A stretch of DNA of 42,045 nt from a virus. Positions within the stretch are counted from its first letter, which is position 1. Each line of letters starts with the position of its first letter. The stretch lies in the IMG/VR virus record IMGVR_UViG_3300045988_083426. One strand, written 5' to 3'. The notes beneath the pieces are model-generated. The model saw only the letters and a program-made list of their open reading frames with translations, searched no databases and was not told the origin of the DNA. Position numbers and translations under genes: made by a program. Positions 21,945 to 30,500 of the stretch are shown here, piece by piece.

Positions 21945-23687
21945 ATGTATCTGCCGACGCTGAAGGAGAACAAACAGTCGCGGCTCATGACGAGCGAGTT
22001 CGGCGGCTATGACCGGCGGCTGCGCATCGGGGACGGGCAGTGGCGCGAGATGCAGAACATGACGGGCGACTGCTACCCGATGCTGGCGAGCCGCACACCG
22101 CGCGGGATCGGCGAGGAGATCGCAAGCCCGGCGGGGCTGACGGCCAAGGACGCGCTGATCTGGGTATCGGGATCAAAGATCGTGATCGGCGGGAAGGCCG
22201 TGGAGCTGGGGTTGAGCGAGGGCGTGAAGCAGCTGGTGAGCATGGGCGCGTATCTCGTGATCTGGCCGGATCGGAAGTACATCAACACGGCGGACACGAC
22301 GGACTGCGGGAGCATCGACGCGGCGTTCGCGGCCGGGGAGAGCGCGCAGGTGCAGCTGGCGATGTGCGACGCGGAGGGCGCGCTCTATGAGAACGTGGCG
22401 CAGACGGAGCCGACCGACCCGGCGGGCGGGACGCTCTGGGTCGACGGAAAGGTGCTCAAGCGGTGGGACGGGACGAGTTCGATGTGGATCTCCGTCCCGA
22501 CGGTCTACACGAAGATCAGCTGCACGGACATCGGAAAGAGCTTTTCGGAGGGCGACGGCGTGACGCTGGCGGGGATCGCCTACACGGGAGACAGCGAAAC
22601 GGTGAAGGCCGAATACGCCGCGCTGAACGCGAGTAAGGTGATCCAGAAAAAGGGTGACAACTGGATCGTGGTCGTGGGGCTGGTGAGCCGGAACGCGGCG
22701 CAGACGGGCGGGCTGACCGTCAAGCGCGAGGCACCGGAGATGGACTACATCTGCCAGGCGCAGAACCGGCTCTGGGGATGCCGCTACGGCGTAAAGGATG
22801 GAAAAGCCGTGAATGAGGTCTATGGGTGCAAGCTGGGAGACTTCAAGAACTGGACGTGCTACGCGGGGCTTTCCACGGATTCGTGGGCGGCGCAGGTCGG
22901 ATCAGACGGCGCGTGGACGGGCGCGGTGAACTATCAGGGCTACCCGACGTTCTTCAAGGAAAATGTGCTGCACCGGATCAGCGTCTCCGGCGCGGGGGCG
23001 CACCGGGTGACGGACACGCCGTGCCGCGGCGTGCAGAAGGGCAGCTGGCGAAGTTTGTGCGTGGTGAACGAGGTGCTCTACTACAAGGGGCGGACGGAGA
23101 TCTGCGCCTATGACGGGTCGGTGCCGGTGGCGGTGAGCGCGGAGCTGGGCGACGAGCGGTACAGCGAGGCGGTCGCCGGCGGGTACGGGCGGAAATACTA
23201 CATCTCGATGAAAAACAGTTCCGGAGCATACGAACTGCTGGTCTATGACGCGGCGCGGGGGCTCTGGCACAAGGAGGACAACGCACAGGCGATCATGTTC
23301 GCGGCGGCGGACGACGATCTGTTCTATATCGACGCGGCGACAAACAGGCTCGTCGCGGCGAACGGCACGCAGGGGACAAGAGAGGGTGACGTGGAATGGA
23401 GCGTGGTCTCGGGGATCATGGGCTATGAGTACCCAGACCACAAGTATCTGAGCCGGTTCGACCTGCGGCTGCAGATGCGCGGGGAAGCGAATCTCTATCT
23501 GCAGTACGATTCCTCCGGGCAGTGGCACTACGCGGGGCGGCTGCTCTGGAAGAAGGGCACGACGCGCAGCTTCGCAATGCCGGTGATCCCCCGGCGGTGC
23601 GACCATGTGCAGCTGAAGCTCAGCGGCAAGGGCGAGATGCGGCTGTTCTCGATCGCGCGGATTCTGGAACTGGGGAGTGATATGTGA
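21945..23687 (+). CDS. Virion/tail structural protein (580 aa)
   Basis: Position in the tail module, SD present, high GC3. No recognisable motif. Confidence 0.55.
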   Translation: MYLPTLKENKQSRLMTSEFGGYDRRLRIGDGQWREMQNMTGDCYPMLASRTPRGIGEEIASPAGLTAKDALIWVSGSKIVIGGKAVELGLSEGVKQLVSMGAYLVIWPDRKYINTADTTDCGSIDAAFAAGESAQVQLAMCDAEGALYENVAQTEPTDPAGGTLWVDGKVLKRWDGTSSMWISVPTVYTKISCTDIGKSFSEGDGVTLAGIAYTGDSETVKAEYAALNASKVIQKKGDNWIVVVGLVSRNAAQTGGLTVKREAPEMDYICQAQNRLWGCRYGVKDGKAVNEVYGCKLGDFKNWTCYAGLSTDSWAAQVGSDGAWTGAVNYQGYPTFFKENVLHRISVSGAGAHRVTDTPCRGVQKGSWRSLCVVNEVLYYKGRTEICAYDGSVPVAVSAELGDERYSEAVAGGYGRKYYISMKNSSGAYELLVYDAARGLWHKEDNAQAIMFAAADDDLFYIDAATNRLVAANGTQGTREGDVEWSVVSGIMGYEYPDHKYLSRFDLRLQMRGEANLYLQYDSSGQWHYAGRLLWKKGTTRSFAMPVIPRRCDHVQLKLSGKGEMRLFSIARILELGSDM

Positions 23688-24469
23688 TGGTACAGCTCAA
23701 CACGCCGCCGATGCTGCGCGGCGGCGGACAGGCACAGCTCGCGCAGATGCGCTCATATCTCTACCAGCTGGCCGAGCAGCTGAACGGGGCGCTCAACGCC
23801 ATCGAGGCGGACAGCCTGACCGATGGGGCGAAAGCCACGCTCGGCAGCGGGGCCGCGGAGAGCGCGGCGCAGCAGGTGCGCGAGGACATGGGGAAAACCT
23901 CGTCGGTGCTGAAAGACCTGATTATCAAGACGGCGGAGAGCGTCCGCAGCGAGACGCAGCGCGTGGAGACGGAGCTTCGGAGCAGCTATGTGGCAAAGAG
24001 CGAATTCGGGGCATACCAGGAGCAGGTGGACGCGAAGTTTACCGCGACGGCGGAGAACGTGACGCAGAGCATCCGGTATGCGAGCGAGCTGGAGGGGCGG
24101 CTTGACGAGCAGGCGGGCGACCTGCAGGGGCTGATCAGCTATCGGACGGAGACGAAGGGCTACATCCGGCAGGGCATCGTCGGCTATGAGGATACGGTGC
24201 CGATCATCGGCATCGCGATCGGGCAGGACATCCAGACGACCGGCACGCAGAGCGTGGACGGGAAGACATACGACGTGATCGACACGAGCCACAACATGTC
24301 GGTCTGGACGAGCAAGAAGCTCTCATTTTACGTAGAGGGCACGGAGATCGCGTATTTCTCAAACGGTGCGCTGCATGTGGGGCACGTGGAGCTTGACCGC
24401 ATTACGGCGGCGGGCAAGTGGGACGTGAGCTTTTCGGACGGCGTGGCGTTCAAGTGGATCGGAGGGTAA
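23687..24469 (+). CDS. Virion/tail structural protein (260 aa)
   Basis: TGATG overlap start; position in the tail module. Confidence 0.55.
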   Translation: MVQLNTPPMLRGGGQAQLAQMRSYLYQLAEQLNGALNAIEADSLTDGAKATLGSGAAESAAQQVREDMGKTSSVLKDLIIKTAESVRSETQRVETELRSSYVAKSEFGAYQEQVDAKFTATAENVTQSIRYASELEGRLDEQAGDLQGLISYRTETKGYIRQGIVGYEDTVPIIGIAIGQDIQTTGTQSVDGKTYDVIDTSHNMSVWTSKKLSFYVEGTEIAYFSNGALHVGHVELDRITAAGKWDVSFSDGVAFKWIGG

Positions 24470-24472
24470 GAG

Positions 24473-26293
24473 ATGGCACTATCAGGCGCATTTACCGGCA
24501 CGACCGGCAACCAGTATATCTTTCCTACGATCAGGTGGTCGGCGGTGCAGTCGCAGGACGGGAACTACTCGGACGTGACAGCGACGCTCTACTACAGCCG
24601 CAGCAACAGCGGATACACCACGAGCGGCACATGGTCGGGCGGTATCACGATCGACGGCCAGTGGACGGCGGGGAGCCGTCACATCGAGGTGTCGTATCAG
24701 TCGGGGACGCTTGCGATGAGCGCGACGGTGCGCGTGTATCACGACGCGGACGGAAGCCGCAGCGTGACCATCTCGGCGGCGGGGTATATCAGCGGCACGA
24801 CGCTCAGCTCGACGGACATCTCGCAGACGGTGACGCTCGACCAGATCGCGCGGGCATCCGTACCGACAACGAACAAATCCTCCATTGCGATGGGCGAGGA
24901 GATCATCATCTACACCAACCGTAAAAATACGGCCTTCTGCCACACGGCGCGCTACACCTTCGCGGGGCAGGCGGGCGACATTGCAGACTTTGACGCAGAA
25001 ACGGCGTGGAACTGGTATTCGCTCGTGCCGAAGAAGTCGCTCGCCAACCGGATTCCGAATGCGGCGAGCGGCGTATGCACGGTCTACATCAAGACATGGA
25101 GCGACGGCAATCTCACGCAGCAGATCGGAGAGGAGCAGAGCGTGAGCTTTACGCTCACCGTCCCGGCGGATGCAAAGCCCGTGGTTTCCACAGGCTGGGC
25201 GGCGGCTGCGGCGGATAACAGCGGCGGCAAGGCATCGGCGCTTTCCACATTTGTAAGCGGGTTTTCGCGGGCGCAGGTGACGTTTGCGGCGGGGAAAATC
25301 GCCTGTCAGTACGGGGCGAGCATCCGGTCGTACAAGATCACCTGCGGCAGCGTGAGTGCGGATGCGTCCCCCTATAAGACGGGCGTATTGAGCGGGACGA
25401 GCGCAAGCATCGTATGCCGCGTGACGGATTCGCGCGGGCTGTACGCAGAGGAGACGCTGACGGTAAGCCTTTACGGCTATGCCGCGCCGGCACTCACGGG
25501 GGCGAAGCTCTACCGGTCGGATGACGCGATGCTCCCGGCGGACACGGGGCTGCACATTGCGGGCGTGGCCACGGCAAAGTTCTCCTCGTGCGGCGGGGAA
25601 AACGTCTGTACGATCAAGGGCTATTGGCGGGCGGTCGGTGGATCGTGGAGTGCGGGCACCGCCATGACGAGCGGCGCGGCGGGGCTGGTGACAGGGGATG
25701 TGGATATCCTGACGACGGCCAGCTATGAGGCAAAGATCGAGATCGCGGACAAGCTCGGAAACACCGCGAGTTTCTCCGCCGTGATTCCGACGGCGGACGT
25801 GGTGTTTCACCTCCGCCCCGGCGGCAAGGGCGCGGCCTTCGGCAAATATAGCGAGAAGGAAGCGCTGGAGGTGGCATGGCCTGCGGAATTTCAGAAGGGC
25901 GTGACGGTCGGCGGGAAGGCCATCTGGGAGCTGATCTACCCCGTGGGCGCGATTTACATCTCGGCGTCGGCGACGGATCCGAAGACGCTCTTCGGCGGGA
26001 CGTGGACGCAGATCAAGGACCGCTTTCTGCTCGCTGCGGGCGACACCTTCGCTGCGGGAAAGACCGGCGGTGAAGCGAGCCACACGCTGACGGTGGACGA
26101 GATCCCGGATCATACGCACAGCTATCAGTACACCGGCCAGAGCACGGTCATAGGTACGGACACGATCCGGCTATATGACCGCAACGGACAGCCGAACCAG
26201 TACACGGGGCAGCAAAGCAGCAACTGCGGGGGCAAGGCACACAACAACATGCCGCCGTACCTGACGGTTTACGTTTGGCAGCGGACGGCTTAG
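24473..26293 (+). CDS. Tail fibre / receptor-binding protein with C-terminal tail-collar-like domain (606 aa)
   Basis: C-terminal IYISASATDPKTLFGGTWTQIKDRFLLAAG...GGEASHTLTVDEIPDHTHSY...GGKAHNNMPPYLTVYVWQRT is the tail-collar (MdpB-like) signature. Confidence 0.75.
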   Translation: MALSGAFTGTTGNQYIFPTIRWSAVQSQDGNYSDVTATLYYSRSNSGYTTSGTWSGGITIDGQWTAGSRHIEVSYQSGTLAMSATVRVYHDADGSRSVTISAAGYISGTTLSSTDISQTVTLDQIARASVPTTNKSSIAMGEEIIIYTNRKNTAFCHTARYTFAGQAGDIADFDAETAWNWYSLVPKKSLANRIPNAASGVCTVYIKTWSDGNLTQQIGEEQSVSFTLTVPADAKPVVSTGWAAAAADNSGGKASALSTFVSGFSRAQVTFAAGKIACQYGASIRSYKITCGSVSADASPYKTGVLSGTSASIVCRVTDSRGLYAEETLTVSLYGYAAPALTGAKLYRSDDAMLPADTGLHIAGVATAKFSSCGGENVCTIKGYWRAVGGSWSAGTAMTSGAAGLVTGDVDILTTASYEAKIEIADKLGNTASFSAVIPTADVVFHLRPGGKGAAFGKYSEKEALEVAWPAEFQKGVTVGGKAIWELIYPVGAIYISASATDPKTLFGGTWTQIKDRFLLAAGDTFAAGKTGGEASHTLTVDEIPDHTHSYQYTGQSTVIGTDTIRLYDRNGQPNQYTGQQSSNCGGKAHNNMPPYLTVYVWQRTA

Positions 26294-26306
26294 AAAGGAG
26301 CAGCAT

Positions 26307-27575
26307 ATGGCAACACTTCGAAAGGGCAGCACCGGGCAGGACGTGCGGGAGCTGCAGACGGCGCTGAACGGGAAGGGCTATACCCTGTCCGTGGACGGCA
26401 TTTACGGCGACAAGACCGCGGCGGCGGTGCGGGACTACCAGCAGAAAAACGGGCTTTCCATGGTGGACGGCATCGCGGGAAACGAGACGTGGGGGAGCCT
26501 GCGCGCGGCAACGCAGAGCAGCACCCCGGCGCAGACAACAAATAACCAGCAGTACGGTTATGACGCAAGCGGGAACAAAGCGTATCAGGACGCGCTCAAG
26601 CGGCTGCAGGAGATGGAGGGGACGAAGCCCTCCTACGACGCGACGTATGACAAGCAGCTGAGCGACCTCTACGAGAAGATCATGAACCGGGAGAAGTTCA
26701 GCTACGACGCGGCGAACGACCCGCTCTATCAGCAGTACCGCGAGATGTACACGCGCGAGGGCAAGGCGGCCATGCAGGACACGATGGGGCAGGCGTCGGC
26801 GCTCACGGGCGGCTACGGCTCGACGTATGCGCAGAGCGTGGGCCAGCAGCAGTACGACGCGTACCTGCAGAAGCTCAATGAGGTCGTGCCGGAGCTCTAC
26901 AGTCAGGCGCGGCAGGCCTATAACGACGAGGGCGACCGGATGATGCAGCAGTATCAGATGGTCGGGGACCTGCGCAGCGACGAATACAGCAAGTACCGGG
27001 ACGCGCTGAGCGACTGGTGGCAGGGGCTGAACTATCAGACCGACCGGGCGGACAGCGCGTATAACCAGGGCTTCAACGAGTGGAGCAGCGAATACCAGAA
27101 CCGGTATCAGGCCGAGCGCGACCGGATTTCGGACGAGCAGTGGCAGAAACAGTTCGACGAAGCCAAGCGGGAGTATGAGCAGAGCTATGCACTGCAGCAG
27201 CAGGCGGCGAGAAGCGCCTCCGGTTCCTCGAGCAGCCGTTCGAGCGACAGATCGTCGAAGAGATACGACAGCCACGGATACAGCGCGGAGCAGATCAAGG
27301 CGCTGCAGCGGGCGGCGGGCATCACCGCGGACGGCATCTGGGGCGCGCAGACGCAGGCCGCATATGAGGCGGGCTACCGCCCGGATTCCGGCGGGGATCT
27401 GAGCGGGTACACGCTGGTGAACAAAAACGGCAGCGGCTGGATCGCGCTGCAGAATAAGGACGGCCGCACGGGCGGGCGATTCTCCGAGGAGGAGATTCAG
27501 CGGATGATCGCGCGCGGCAAGGTCGAGGAGATCGTCGACCACAACAAGAAGACGGTCACATACCGAAAGAAATAA
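26307..27575 (+). CDS. Protein with two peptidoglycan-binding (PG_binding_1-like) repeats and a Gln/Tyr-rich core (422 aa)
   Basis: GSTGQDVRELQTALNGKGYTLSVDGIYGDKTAAAVRDYQ at the N-terminus; IKALQRAAGITADGIWGAQTQAAY near the C-terminus. Confidence 0.7.
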   Translation: MATLRKGSTGQDVRELQTALNGKGYTLSVDGIYGDKTAAAVRDYQQKNGLSMVDGIAGNETWGSLRAATQSSTPAQTTNNQQYGYDASGNKAYQDALKRLQEMEGTKPSYDATYDKQLSDLYEKIMNREKFSYDAANDPLYQQYREMYTREGKAAMQDTMGQASALTGGYGSTYAQSVGQQQYDAYLQKLNEVVPELYSQARQAYNDEGDRMMQQYQMVGDLRSDEYSKYRDALSDWWQGLNYQTDRADSAYNQGFNEWSSEYQNRYQAERDRISDEQWQKQFDEAKREYEQSYALQQQAARSASGSSSSRSSDRSSKRYDSHGYSAEQIKALQRAAGITADGIWGAQTQAAYEAGYRPDSGGDLSGYTLVNKNGSGWIALQNKDGRTGGRFSEEEIQRMIARGKVEEIVDHNKKTVTYRKK

Positions 27576-27587
27576 CGGGAGGGAGCC

Positions 27588-30500
27588 ATGAGCGATTTTC
27601 TGAAACGGAGGATTCAGGAGCGCGACGAACAGCGGCGGGGCACGCAGGAGACGAGCGCGCCCGCCAGCTCGTTTTTGCAGCAGCGGATCCAGCAGAGGGA
27701 CACGCAGCGCGCGGAGAGCGGCTACCGCGCGCCGACGGGGACGCACAAGACGATGCTCGGCATGTCGCTCGAGGAGTACAAGGCCAAGCTCGACGAAGCG
27801 CTGGCGGCATGGAAGAGCACAAGCGCGACGACGGAGAGCGGCCTTGCAAACCCGAAGGAGGCACAGGCGCGCAAAACGTATCAGACGATGCGCAAGCAGT
27901 ACAAGGCCCTGCAGCAGCGCGAGAGCGAGAAGCAGCAGGCGCAGGCGGCGCAGCAGGAGTATGACGAGCTGCGCGTCGCAGACCTGAACGCGCTGAAGGC
28001 AAAGATGGACGCGGCGAAGGAATCGGCGGACGGCTCGGCGAAGGAGCGCGTCGTCGCGGGGAGCATCGTCAAGCAGAAGGACTCCGGCGCGCAGGCCGCC
28101 TATGAGGAGGCGGCGCGCAAGTATAACCTCGCGCAGCAGATCCAGTACGACGAGCGCGGCGCACAGGCGCTGGGCAAGCTCTCGGAGGAGGAAGCGGCGG
28201 CGGTCGACACGCTGGCAAAGAGCACAAACAAGGGGCGGAAAACGGACATCGTGGGCGCGGGGATCATCGACGAAATGCGCCGCAAGGCAACGAAGGTGCT
28301 CACGGACGCGGGGTACAGCGCGGAGGAGATCGACGAGCTGGCGAACTGGCGGGCGCGCCAGCAGAACGCGCAGAAGTATGACGCGGCGGTGGAAAAACGC
28401 GAGGCGCTCGCGGACAAGGGCCTCTGGGGCGCAGCGGCGGCGACGGCGCTGTCCGTGCCGGAGACGCTGCTGAGCGGCATCGGCGTGATCGACGTCGCCG
28501 TCCAGAACTACGAAAACCGCGGGACAGACCGCCCGGCGGATTACAAGCGCACGGCGATGCTGCCATACGCCATGGCGACGGCGGGGCGGAGCACGATCTC
28601 GAACAAGCTCGAACAGAACACCGACGCAGAGATCTTCGGGCAGAACGTCGCGGCGGGTGCTTACAACATCGGGACGAGCGTGCTCGATTCGACGGCGGTG
28701 GCGGGGCTGGCCGCGCTGGGCGTGCCGCCGCTGGCGGCGACGTCGCTGCTCGGCGGCGCGGCGGCGACGAGCGCGATGGTCGACGCGAAGGATCGGGGCG
28801 TTTCAGACGAGCAGGCAGTGCTCACGGGCCTTGCGGCGGGCGTGGCGGAATCGCTGTTTGAAGAAGTGTCTCTTGAGAAACTGCTCAAGCTGAAGCCGGC
28901 GGTCGGGACACTGGGGCAGCGAGTGCGCACGACGATCAAGAACGTGGGATTGCAGGCGGCGACGGAGGGCTCGGAGGAGTTCTTCACGACGCTGGCGAAC
29001 ACCATGACGGACAACCTGATTAACGGGGGACTGAGCGAATTCCAGCAGAATCTCCGGGGCTACATGGAGCAGGGGATGAGCGAGGAGCAGGCCCGGCGGC
29101 GCGCGTATCTGGATCTCGCGGGACAGCTGGCACTCGACTTCGGCGGCGGCGCCATCGCGGGCGGATTGATGGCGGGCGGACAGACGGCCATCCAGACCGG
29201 ACAGCGCAACGCGGCGATTGCGCAGGAGTACGGCGACATTGCGCGCGGCGCGGCGCAGGAGCGGCTTGAGACAAACGAGGGCGACCGGCTGGCGCAGGAC
29301 GTACAGAACCGTGTAAGCTCCAACCGGCGGGTCGGCGGCGGGGCCATCGCGGAGCTGGTGAGCCGAAACGTACAGGCGCAGAACGCGCAGACGCAGACGG
29401 CCATCGCGGAAGCGGCGGCGCAGCGGCTGACGGAGCTGGGCGAGACGGAGAACGTGGAGACCGTCGCGCAGGCGGCGGCGCAGCTGACGGCGGACCCGAC
29501 GATGAGCGCGGGCCGACGCCGGGCGGCGGAGAACGTCCTGAAGGGCAGCCGGTACGGCGAGCGCGTGCTCGGCGAGCTGACGGAGGGGATGCAGGCCGAC
29601 AGCGCGGAGAGCGCCCCCGCCGCGGTGCAGGAGCAGAGCGCCGTGCCGAGCGCGGAGCAGGTGCGGCAGGCCGTGGAGAGCACCCAACGGAGCCGGGGCG
29701 CGCAGAACCTGACGGAATCGCGCGGGGGCGAGGAGCGCACGCAGAGCGGGCGGCGGTTCGCGTCCGAATGGGCGGGGAACCTGCCGCAGGTGCTGACGGA
29801 GGACGCCTACGTCCGGCGGCTGAAAGAATTGCGCGTGAATCCCCAGGCGACGGACAGCCGGACGGTGACGGGCACGGCCTACAACAAGGAGAGCGGCAAG
29901 CTCGACGTGATTGTCCGGGGTACGGACGGCAAGGTGGAGACGATCCCGGCGGCGAAGGCGGCCACTACGGCGCGGCAGGAGCGGCTCATGGAGCTGGCGG
30001 CGGACGTGGGCGAGGCGGGGCCGCAGATGTTCGCGGCGATCCGCGACGGGCAGGACGTGGAGACGTATGCACGGCAGTGGAAGAACGCCTACACCTACGG
30101 CGAGAGCAACATCCCGCGCGCCTACGCGATGCAGTCGGACGCGGTGAAGTATCTGACGGCGGAGCAGCGGGACATCGCGTATGAAGCGGGAAAGGCCGCC
30201 TACGACCAGAAACAGACCAAGGCGCGCACGAAGCGCGCGGCAAGGGGGAACGATACCCACAAGGCAAAGAAGGGCACTGTGAAGCTCACAGGGGCCGTTA
30301 TCGGCGGCAAGCGGTATGACGGGGTGAGCAAAGCGTCGCTGACGGAGCGGCAGCGGGCGAACCTCAAGGTGCTGGGGCAGGTCGCGCAGGCGACGGGCGT
30401 TGACATCGTGCTCTATCAGAGCCGGGCGAACGCGCGCGGCGAGTACGAGGGGCAGAACGGCGCCTACAAGGACGGCACGCTCTATCTCGACATCAACGCG

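Noticed and set aside
24473-26293. A diversity-generating retroelement targeting the tail fibre.
   Set aside because: There is no reverse transcriptase gene anywhere, and I found no template/variable repeat pair near the fibre C-terminus.
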